Source: the human T2T-CHM13v2.0 reference genome, Homo sapiens. From it: a stretch of 64,000 bases of DNA. The stretch is from assembly GCF_009914755.1 (NCBI RefSeq), contig NC_060933.1; one strand, 5' to 3'. The position numbers and the translations under genes were made by a program. Shown in pieces: positions 33,748 through 45,983 of the stretch (the stretch's first letter is position 1; each line of letters opens with the position of its first letter). The notes beneath the pieces are model-generated. The model was given only the letters and a program-made list of their open reading frames with translations. It searched no databases and was not told where the DNA came from.

Positions 33748-34622
33748 GAAGCTAAACAGAAAACCTTGAAACTTTAAAGATAAAGTAATATGTTACTTTG
33801 TGTTATTTCATTTATGTCATGATGAATTCAAGATTAAATTGGAAGGTGTTTCATGATGAGCTCAAGGAATTGGATTATAAAGCAAGTAGTTACTGAAAGC
33901 TAAGTCGGTTTGAGAGGTCATACTAATGATTTGGGGAGGAAGCAGAACCATGCTTAATAATAATTTGACCTGTAATATTGCTGGAAATGAAAGGTATTTG
34001 GTTAGTGGGTCAGCAGTGTGATCTTTTCCTTGTATCCTTTGCTTCTTGATGAAGACTATTGTTTTTTTCCTTTTTGATATACTTTCCCATCTCAGAACGA
34101 ATACCAAAACATTCAATTATTATCTGGTTTTATTGTCTTGAGTCTTCTTGGAGCTTGTTTTTATGAGTTTTTAAGTTCTAGGTTTATGTAGATTATAGTA
34201 CTGTTTGTATACTTATAGGTACTTAATAAATACTTCTAAATTAATTCAAAATTATTTACTGAATGGCTAATATGTGCCCAGCATTCTGCCAGTAGCGTGC
34301 CTGGAGAGAGAATCGGGAAGGAAAAAAGATAGCCCTTTTTGTGAAGGTGGTTTTGGTAAAAAATGTAATCATTAACTTAAGAGTGGTCTTCCCTGACATC
34401 CCTTATTGACTAAAGAAACTCTCTTCCCTGCATTTATTCTATCTCCACTTCCTGGTTTTATTTGTGGTACTTATTAAATTAAAAGGATACTTTTTCTGTG
34501 ATGAAAATTTTACTCTGCATGGTAATTTATTATAGCTTTACATGAAATCAGAACTTTTGGTGATCTACATAAGATTAAATTTTATTATAAGGAATTTTGA
34601 AAATGATAGTAAAGATGGTTAG

Positions 34623-34963
<341 letters not shown>

Positions 34964-35723
34964 TAGATCAGAGTTTATATCCTTAAATATTTCTGATTTC
35001 CTTATTCTTTAGACCTCAGTTTTCACATCTTTAAAAGGATTTTATAAAGGGATTTTTAAAGAATTATGGAATATATACATAAAAATTTAGTTTAAAGCTT
35101 CTCTAGTAGTAGGTACTCAAAAATGGCAATGATACTTTAAAAGTTATCTTGAGTGGTCAGAACTTTATTAGGAGTTATGTAAGGAATGACATTTATTTTT
35201 AACCACTGAAGACTTTAAAAAATAAGACTTATATGAATATTTCCTTCACTGAGTTGTGGATTCACTTAAGATTTTTAAATTTAAATTAAATTAATATTTT
35301 TAATGTTTATATATTTTATATGTAATAATACATTTTTAATATTAAATATTTTTAATTTTTAATTTATGTGGGTACATAGTAGGTCTGTTTATCTATGGAG
35401 TATATGAGAGATTTGGATACAGGCATACAATGCATAATGATCCCATCAGAGTAAATGGGGTGTACATTACCTCAAGCATTTATACTTTGTGTTACAAACA
35501 ATCCCATTATATTATTTTAGTTATTTTAAAGTGTACAATAAATTATTGTTTAGTCACCCTGTTGTGTTATCAAATGTTAGATCTTATTCAGTCTATCAAA
35601 GTGTATAGTTGTGCCCATTAACCCCCTCCGTTCCACTACATTTCCCAGTCTCTGGTAATCATCATTCTGCTCTCTGTCTCCATGAGTTCAATTGTTTTAA
35701 TTTTTAGCTCCCCTAAATATGTG

Positions 35724-35872
35724 AGCAAATTACTTACACTCACGGTACCTCAGTTCCTTCATCTGTTAAATAAAAATAATAATAGGGCCTACTTCAAAGG
35801 GCTATTGTATAATAAGAGTTCAGTCAGTATATGGAAAATGGGGTATTTATAGTTATTTTCATATATTGACTG
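35724..35872 (+). other. Templated insertion: inverted copy of the MIR at 30827-31250 replacing part of the L1MA
   Basis: 27-nt exact reverse-complement match 35745-35771 vs 31201-31227; flanks continue to match across the donor's empty Alu site. Confidence 0.85.
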
Positions 35873-36040
35873 TTCTAATTTACGTGTTCACCAACAGTAT
35901 ACAAGAGTTCCCTTTTCTCCACATCCTTGTCAGCATTTGTAATTGTCTGACTTCTGGATAAAAGCCATTTGACTGGAGTGAGATGATATCTCATTGTCAT
36001 TTTGATTTGCATTTCTCTGATGATCAATGATGTTGAGCAT

Positions 36041-36134
36041 CTTTTTATTTATTTATTTATTATACTTTAAGTTCTAGGGTACATGTGCACAGTGTGCAGT
36101 TTTGTTACATATGTATACATGTGCCATGTTGGTG
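36041..36134 (-). mobile_element. Severely 5'-truncated L1PA 3' end
   Basis: TTATACTTTAAGTTCTAGGGTACATGTGCAC...; TSD GAGCA(T/C)CTTTTT. Confidence 0.88.
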
Positions 36135-37842
36135 GAGCACCTTTTTATATACCTGTTTGCCGTTAGTATGTCTTCTTTTGAGAAATATATATTCAGATCT
36201 TTTGTTCATTTTAAAATTGGATTATTACATTTTTTCCTATACAGTTGTTTGAGTTTCTTATACTCTGGTTATTAATCCATTGTCAGATGAGTAGTTTGCA
36301 GATATTGTCTCCTATTCTGTGGCGTGTCTGCTCACTTTATTGATTGCTTCCTTTGCTATGCAGAAGCTTTTTGACTTGATATGATCCCATGTATCCATTT
36401 TTGCTTTGGTTGCCTGTGCTTATCGAGTATTACTCAAGAAATCTTTGCTCAGTCCAGTGTCCTGGAGAGTTCCCCCAATGTTTTCTTTTAGTAGCTTCAT
36501 AGTTTGAGGTCTGAGATTTAAGTGTTTAATCCATTGTGATTTGATTTTTGAGTATGGTGAGAAATGAGGGTCTAGTTTCATTCTTCTGCATATGTATATC
36601 CAGTTTTCCCAGTACCATTTATTGAAGAGACTCTCCTTTCCCCAATGTATATTCTTGGTGTCTTTGTTGACAATGAGTTCACTGTAGATGTATGCCTATA
36701 TTTCTGAGTTCTGTATTCTGTTCCATTGGTCTATGTGTCTGTTTTTATGCTAGTGCCATGTTTTGGTTACTATAGCTTTGTAGTATAATTTGAAATCAGG
36801 TAATATGATCCATCCAGTTTAGTTCTTTTTGCTCAGGATATCTTTGGCTATTTTGGGTCTTTGGTGGTTCCATATAAAGTTTAGAATTGTTTTTTTCTAT
36901 TTTTGTGAAGAATATCCTTGGTATTTTGATAGGGATTGCATTGAATCTGTAGATGGCTTTGGGTAGTATGGACATTTTAATAATATTGATTCGTCCAATC
37001 CAAGAACATGGAATGTCTTTTCTTTCTTTTTTTTTTTTTTTTTGTATTTTTCTTCAGTTTCTTTAATCAGTGTTCTATAGTTTTCATTGTAGAGATCTTT
37101 CACTTCTTTGGTTAAGTGAATTCCTAGGTATTTACTTTTATTTGTAATCATTGTACATGGGATTACTTTCTTGATTTTTTTTTTTTTTTTTTAGATTATT
37201 TGCTGTTGGCATATAGAAATGCTACGGAATTTTGTATGTTAATTTTTTTTTTTAAGTTCTGGGATACACGTGCAGAATATGCAGGTTTGTTACATAGGTA
37301 TACATGTCTCCCTCCCCTTGCCCCCCACTCCCCAACAGGCCCCTGTGTGTGATGTTCCCCTTCCTGTGTCCACGTGTTCTCATTGTTCAACTCCCGCTTA
37401 TGAGTGAGAATGTGTGGTGTTTGGTTTTCTGTTTCTGTTTTAGTTTGCTGAGGATGATAGCTTCCAGCTTCATCCATGTCCCTGCAAAGGACATGAACTC
37501 ATTCTTTTTTGTGGCTTCATAGTATTCTATGGTGTATATGTGCCACATTTTCTATATCCAGTGTATCATTGATGTGCATTTAGGTTGGTTCCAAGTCTTT
37601 GCTATTGTAAATAATGCTACAATAAACATACATGTGCATGTGTCTTTATAGTAGAAGGATTTATAATCATTTGGGTATATACTCAGTAATGGGATTGCTG
37701 AGTCAAATGGTATTTCTGGTTCTAGATCTATGAGGAATTGCCACACTGTCTTCCACAGTGGTTGAACTAATTTATACTGCCACCAACAGTATAAAAGCAT
37801 TCCAATTTCACTGCAGCCTCGCCAGCATCTGTTGTTTCTTGA

Positions 37843-38149
<307 letters not shown>

Positions 38150-39884
38150 TTCCTGACTTTTTAATAATCACCATTCTAACTGGCATGAGATGGTATCTCA
38201 TTTTGGTTTCATTTGCATTTCTCTAATGACCAGAGATGATGAGCTTTTTTTCTATGTTTGTTGGCTGCATAAATATCTTCTTTTGAGAAGTGTCTTGTCG
38301 TATCCTTTGCCCAGTTTTTGATGGGGTTGTTTTTTTCTTGTAAATCTGTTTTGAGTTCCTTGTAGATGGTGGATATTAGACTTTTGTCAGATGACTAGAT
38401 TGCAAAAATTTTCTCCCATTTTGTAGGTTGCCTGTTCATTCTGATGATAGTTTCTTTTCCTGTGCATAAGTTTTTAGTTTAATTAGATCCCATTTGTCAA
38501 TTTTGACTTTTGTTGCAATTGCTTTTGGTGTATGGTCATGAAGTCTTTGCCCTTGCCTATGTCCTGAATAGTATTGCTTAGGTTTTCTTCTAGGGTTTTT
38601 ATGGTTTTGGGTTTTACATTTAAGTTCTTAATCCATCCTGAGTTAATTTTTATATAAAGTGTAAGGAATGGGGCCAGTTTCTGTTTTCTGCATGTGGCTA
38701 GCCAGTTTTCCCAACACCATTTATTAAATAGGGAATCCTTTTCCCATTGCTTGTTTTTGTCAGGTTTGGCAAAGATCAGATGGTTGTAGATGTGTGATGT
38801 TACTTCTGAGGCCTCCATTCTGTTCCATTGGTCTACATATATGTTTTGGTACCCGTACCATGCTGTTTTGGTTACTGTAGCCTTGTAGTATAGTTTGAAG
38901 TCAGGTAGCTTGGGGCCTCCAACTTTGTTCTTTTTGCTTAGGATTGTCTTGGCTATAAGCGTTCTTTTGGTTTCATGTGAAATTTAGGGTAGTTTTTCCT
39001 AATTGTGCTAAGAAAGTCAGTGGTAGTTTGATGGGAACAACATTGAATCTGTAAATTACTTTGGGGAGTATGGCCATTTTTACGATATTGATTCTTCCTA
39101 TCCATGAGCATGGAATTTTTTTCCATTTGTTTTTGACCTCTCTTATTTCGTTGAGCAGTGGTTTGTAGTTGTCCTTGAAGAGGTCCTTCATATCCCTTGT
39201 AACATGTATTCCTAGGTATTTTATTTTCTTTGTAGCAATTGTGAATGGGAGTTCAGTCATGATTTGGCTCTCTGCTTGTCTATTATTGGCATATAGGAAT
39301 GCTTGTGATTTTTGCACATTGATTTGTATCCTGAGACTTTGCTGAAGTTGCTTACCAGCATAAGGAGTTTTGGGGCTGAGCTGATGGGGTTTTCTAAATA
39401 TACAATCATATCATCTGCAGAGACAATTTGACTTCCTCTCTTCCTATGTGAATACCCTTTATTTATTTCTTTTGCCTGATTGCCCTGGCCAGATCTTCCA
39501 ATACTATGATAAATTGGAGTGGTGAGAGAAGGCATCCTTGTTTTGTGGTGGTTTTCAAAGGGAATGTTTCCAGCTTTTGCTCATTCAGTAAGATATTGGC
39601 TATGGATTTGTCATAAATAGCTCTTGTTATTTTGCGATACGTTCCATCAATACCTAGTTTATTGAGAGTTTTTAACATGAAGGGATGTTGAATTTTATTG
39701 AAGGCCTTTTCTGCATCTATTGAGATAATCATGTGATTTTTGTCATTGGTTCTGTTTATGTGATGGATTACGTTTATTGATTTGTGTTTGTAGAACCAGC
39801 CTTGCATCCTATGGATGAAGCCGTCTTGATCGTGGTGGATAAGCTTTTTTGATGTGCTGCTGTATTCAGTTTGCCAGCATTTTA

Positions 39885-40157
<273 letters not shown>

Positions 40158-42146
40158 TTATTGGTCTATTCAGGGATTCGACTTCTTTCTGGTTTAGTCT
40201 TGGGAGGATGTATGTGTGCAGGAATTTATCCATTTCCTCTAGATTTTCTAGTTTTTTTGCGTAGAGGTGTTTATGGTATTCTCTGATGGTAGTTTGTATT
40301 TCTGTGGGATCAGTGGTGATATCCCCTTTATAATTTTTTATTGTCTATTTTATTCTTCTCTCTTTTGTTCTTTATTATTAGTCTAGCTAGTGATCTATTT
40401 TGTCAATCTTTTCAAAAAACCAGCTCCTGGATTCATTGATTTTTTTTTAAGGGTTTTTCAGGTCTCTGTCTCCTTCAATTCTGCTCTGATCTTAGTTATT
40501 TCTTGTCTTCTGCTAACTTTTGAATTTGTTTGCTCTTGATTCTGTAGTTCTTTTAATTGACATGTTAGGGTGTCGATTTTAGATCTTTCCAGCTTTCTGA
40601 TGTGGGCATTTAGTGCTATAAATTTCCTTCTTAACACTGCTTTAGACGTGTCCAGAAATTCTGGTATGTTGTCTCTTTGTTCTCATTGTTTTCACAGAAC
40701 TTACTTATTTCTGTCTTAATTTTGTTATTTACCCAGTAGTCATTCAGAAACAGGTTGTTCAATTCCCATGTAGCTGTGAGGTTTTGAATGAGTTTCTTCA
40801 TCCTGAGTTCTAATTTGATTACACTGTGGTCTGAGAGACTGTTTATTATGATTTCTGTTTGTTTGCATTTGCTGAGGAGTGTTTTACTTCCAATTATGTG
40901 GTCAATTTTAGAATAAATGTAATGTGGTGCTGAGAAGAATGTATATTCTGTTGATTTGGGGTGGAGGGTTCTGTAGATGTCTGTTAGTTCCCCTTGGTCC
41001 AGAGCTGAGTTCAAGGCCTGAATATCCTTGTTAATTTTCTGTCTCATTATTGACAGTGGGGTGTTAAACTCACTCACTATTATTGTGTGGGAGTCTAAGT
41101 CTCTTTGTAGGTATCTAAGAACTTGTTTTATGAATCTGGGTGTTCCTGTATTGGGAGCATATATATTTAAGATAGGTAGCTCTTGTTGCATTGATCCCTT
41201 TGCCATTATGTAATGCCCTTCTTTGTCTTTTTTGATCTTTGTTTGTTTAAAGTCTGTTTTATCAGAGCCTAGGATTGCAACCTCTGTTTTTTTTTTTTTT
41301 TTTTTTTTTTGTTGCTTTCCATTTGCTTGGTAAGTATTCCTTCATCCCTTTATTTTGAGCCAATGTGTGTATTTGACCATGTGATGGGTCTCCTGAGTGC
41401 AGCACACCCATGGGTCTTGACTCTAACCAATTTCCCAGTCTGTGTCTTTTAACTGAGGCATTTAGCCCATTTACATTTAAGGTTAATATTTTTTTGTGTG
41501 AATTTGATCCTGTCATCATGATGCTAGCTGTTTATTTTGTGCATTAGGTGATGCAGTTTCTTCATAGTGTCGTTGGTCTTTATATTTTGGTGTGTTTTTG
41601 CAGTGGCTGGTACTGGTTTTTCCTTTCCATATTTCGTGCTTCCTTCAGGAGCTCTTGTAAGGCAGGCCTGGTGGTGACAGAGTCCCTCAGCATTTGCCTG
41701 GTCTGGAAAGGATTTTATTTCTCCTTCACTTATGAAGCTTAGTTTGGCTGGATATGAAATTCTGGTTGAAAATTATTTTCTTTAAGAATGTTGAATATTG
41801 GTCTTCACTCTGTTCTGGCTTGTAAGGTTTCTGCAGAGAGATCCACTGTTAGTCTGATAGGCTGCCCTTTGTAGGTGACCTGACCTTTCTCTCCGGCTGC
41901 ACTTAACATTTTTTCCTTCATTTCAACGTTGGAGAATCTGACGGTTATGTGTCTTGTGGTTGCTCTTCTTGAGGAGTATCTTTGTGGTGTTCTCTATTTC
42001 CTGAATTTGAATGTTGGCCTGTCTTGCTAGGTTGGGGATGTTCTCCTGGATAATATCCTGAAGTGTGTTTTTCACCTTGGTTTCATTCTGTCACTTTACG
42101 GTACACCAATCATTCGTAGGTTTGGTCTTGTCACATAGTGCCCTAA

Positions 42147-42496
<350 letters not shown>

Positions 42497-43833
42497 AAGA
42501 TTAATTCTTTTTTCTCTAATCTTGTCTTCACACTTTCTTTCGGTAAGGTGATCTTCAATCTCTGATAGTCTTTCTTCCACCTGATCGATTTGGCTATTGA
42601 TACTTGTGTTTGCTTCACAAAGTTCTTGTGCTGTGTTTTTCAGCTCCATCAGGTCATTTATGTTCCTCTCTAAACGGGTTATTCTAGTTAGCAGTTTTTG
42701 TAACCTTTTATCCACGTTCTTAGCTTCTTTGCATTGGGTTAGAACATGTTCCTTTAGCTCAAAGGAGTTTGCTATTACCCACCTTCTGAAGCTATTTCTG
42801 TCAGTTTGTCAATCTCGTTCTCCATCCAGTTTTGTGCCTGTGGAGATGAGGAGTTGTGATCATTTGGAGAAGAGGCATTTTGGTTTTTGGAATTTTCAGC
42901 ATTTCTGCCCTGTTTTTTCCTCATCTCCATGGATTTATCTTCCTTTGATTTTTGAGGTTGATGACCTTTGGATGGGTTTTTTTTGTTTGTTAGTTTTTTT
43001 GTTTTTTTTATGTGGGGGTCTTTTTTGTTGATGTTGATGTCATTGCTTTCTGTTTGTTAGTTTTTCCTCTAACAGGCCCCTCTTCTGCAGCTTGCTGGAG
43101 GTCCAGTCCAGACCCTGCTTGGCTGGGTATCACCAGCTGAGGCTGGAGAACAGCAGTGATTGCTGCCTGCTCTTTCCTCTGGAAGCTTCATCCCAGAGGG
43201 ACACCGGCCTGATGCCAGCAGGAGCTCTCCTGTATGAGGTGTCTGTCAACCATGTTGGGAGGTTTCTCCCAGTCAGAAGGCATGGGGGTTAGGGACCCAT
43301 TTGAGAAGGCAGTCTTTCCCTTCTCTGAACTAGTGCACTTTGCTGGGAGAATCACTATTGTCAGGATCAGCTGCTCTCTTCAGAGTTGGCAGCCAGGAAA
43401 GATTAAGCCCGCTAAAGCTGAGCCCACAGCCGCCCCTCCCCCCAGGTGCTCTGTTGCAGGGAGATGAGAGTTTTATCTGTAATCCCTAGACTGGGACTGC
43501 TGCCTTTCCTTCACAAATGCCCTGCCCAGTGAGGAGAAATCTAGAGTAGCAGTCTGGCCACAACCGCTTTGCTGTGCTGTGGTGAATTCCGTCCGGGCCA
43601 AACCTCCCAGCCTCCTTAGCACTGTCAGGGAAAAACAGCCTAGGAAAGCCTCATTCATTGCAGGTGCCCCTCCTATCACCAAGCTCGATCATCCCAGGTC
43701 GACTTCAGACTGCTGTGCTGGCAGTGAGAATTTCAAGCCAGTGGTTCTTAGCTTGCTGGGCTCCGTGGGAGTGGGACCAGAAAGCTGGGCTCTGTGGGAG
43801 TGAGACCACTTGGCTCCCTGGCTTCAGCCCCCT

Positions 43834-44131
43834 TGTTCTGTGTGGGAAACGTGAGAGGGGAGAATAAAGAGCACACACACTTGTTACCTTTAAGGGTAAA
43901 CAAGCTTTATCCCATGTAAATGGCAATGCAGATATAATAAATGATATAATAAGCAAATTAACATGATAAGCAAATTGGTATAATAAGCAAATGATATAAT
44001 AAGCAAATTGCATTGGGAACAGGAGAAGGGAAGAGACATACATATATTTATGCTTACCAGACTGGAAGATTCACCACCAGACTGGGAAGCAACAGCCTGG
44101 GCACCAGAGTCGGACACCGAACTCACCAGAC
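43834..44131 (-). mobile_element. Inverted partial LTR18B-like arm (distal ~290 bp of the LTR)
   Basis: Reverse complement of 45698-45983, roughly 85-90% identical by eye. Confidence 0.9.
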
Positions 44132-44530
44132 CATGATGTCTTTATGAGGCTTGAAATTCCTGTTATGACTTGGGTCATGAGTTCCCCTAAAACACACCAG
44201 TTCTGATGAAGGAAGCGGTGGGAGCAGTCAGCTGGCTGAACTAGTAGTGGTCCTCTGAGCTATTCAGGAGGAGGCCAGAGGGATTTGTCACTTGTATACC
44301 AACTCTTGGTCAGTAGCAAATGGCCTTACTACTTGGATGCCCCAATGGCAACAAAACTAATGGTTAATCGGGAGTAAAGAGGTTTGGGGAAAACAATACT
44401 GGGAAGATATCTGAATCCTGCTGCATGCTACCATTATCACTGTTTTCCATGTTGATGCTGATGGATCTCTGCTTTTTCTTGACGGACTATTTAATCAGCA
44501 GGCAGATCAACAGGCCAAAATTCCACCATA
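44132..44530 (+). pseudogene. ERV-L-class pol remnant (connection/RNase H)
   Basis: Reads HDVFMRLEIPVMTWVMSSP then SSQLAELVVV...LYTNSWSVANGL...IGSKEVWGK...FHVDA with stops, like ERV-L RNase H (SSQWAEL, YTDSWAVANGL). Confidence 0.85.
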
Positions 44531-44639
44531 ACTGCAAACTTAAATGCAGATGAATGGATTACAACATGTTCAAGCCTTGCAATGAGAGGCATTATAATGT
44601 ATGATGGTATAATTAATGAGAATAACCTGTCTGCTAGTA

Positions 44640-45130
44640 ATAAGTACATGGGTCATTATGTCTGAGGCTGAGAATGAGTTCATCAACTGGGTAGCCACCA
44701 CTGCAGCAGGAGCCAACTGCCGTCAGTGCTGGGTATGCCTCAAGTTGCTAGAGGCTGCCAGGAATGGGCTACCTTGGAGAATCGTCCCTGCTAACATTTC
44801 TGGATGGATATGCCGATACCAATGGGGGTGGGGTAATAACACTTGTAATCCAACCTGGACTTTTTTTTAACCAAACCAAACAGTCTATTTTTGCCTAAGC
44901 CCTAACTAAACACAGCACCCTTGTTACTTAAATTACACATTACAGCAATAAGCTACATGTAGAAAAAGATCTTAATGATAGTATCACTGGACTTATGTTA
45001 TCAGATGAATTTGCTCAGCTGCGTACTGTTGTGTTGCAAAATCGGATGACATTAAATACGCTTACCACAGCCCAAGGAGGGGTTTGTGCCTTACTGTATA
45101 CTGAATGTTATGTGATATACCTAACAAATC
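44640..45130 (+). pseudogene. env remnant (SU N-terminus joined to TM fragment)
   Basis: CWVC motif in ORF 44616-44870; LQNRMTLNTLTTAQGGVCALLYTEC = immunosuppressive-domain/CX6C(C) motif in ORF 44995-45180. Confidence 0.85.
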
Positions 45131-45294
45131 TCACAATATTACTCTCCTTGCAAAGCCATGGTGGGTGTGGTTTTTATTAATTGTGCTTTTAATTCTCCTG
45201 TGCTTATCCTGTATCTGTAATCTATATCAACTTTGCCTTCCCCATGTATCTGTAAGGGTATTTTCCTACAAATGAGTATCAAATTGAGTCTGAA

Positions 45295-45983
45295 TGTGGA
45301 GGTAAAGTTAAATATTAAATTTGAACTCAATTGACCATTTGAACTCAATTGACCACAAACAGTGGTCACCAAGTCCTGGAATGGGTTGTATGAGTGAGCC
45401 CCTTTAGGCGTTCATCCAGTGTTGTTTCGGAGAAATCTCTGTTTCAATCTATTCCTATATGTTAGTCATTGAAAAACAATAGACAATCACAAAAACAAGT
45501 TGACCTTTTTGTGTTCCTTGAGCCCAGTTGCAAAGGGCCCTCATGACTGGGCCTCATGCCAAACAGCTTGTTAAAAAAGAGCTAGGGTCCCAGACTGCAC
45601 CAACACTTCATGAGACCCCTCCTTGTCTGTGCACTGATGAGTAGTGGACTCTGGAGCCCAGGCTGTTGCTTCCCAGTCTGGTGGTGAATCCGCCACAGTC
45701 TGGTGAGTGCGGTGTCTGACTCTGGAGCCCAGGCTGTTGCTTCCCAGTCTGATGGTGAATCCTCCATAGTCTGGTGAGTATAAATGTGTGTCTCTATTTT
45801 CCCTTCTCCTGTTTCCATTGCAATTTGCTTATTATATCAATTTGCTTATTATATTAATTCGCTTTTTATATCATTTGCTTATTATATCTGCATTGCCATT
45901 TATGTGAGATAAAGCTTGTTTACCCTTAAAGGTATTGTGTGTGTGCCTTTTCTTCTTCCCTTGCGCGTTTCCCACACAGAACA
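45295..45983 (+). mobile_element. Complete LTR18B-like 3' LTR
   Basis: TG...CA termini; starts TGTGGAGGTAAAGTTAAATATTAAATTTGAACTC; two ~70-bp internal repeats; TATAAA at ~45779. Confidence 0.85.

Larger units (their letters stand above)
43834..45983. mobile_element. HERV-L18/LTR18-type provirus remnant with inverted LTR ends
   Basis: Starts TGTTCTGTGTGGGAAACG and ends CGTTTCCCACACAGAACA (18-bp perfect terminal inverted match); 5-bp TSD CCCCT at 43829-43833 and 45984-45988 inside the L1 5'UTR. Confidence 0.9.

Noticed and set aside
43834-45983. Interpretation as a Ricksha/MULE or other true DNA transposon
   Set aside because: The inverted repeats are LTR sequence with TG...CA ends, and the TSD is 5 bp rather than the 9-10 bp typical of MULEs
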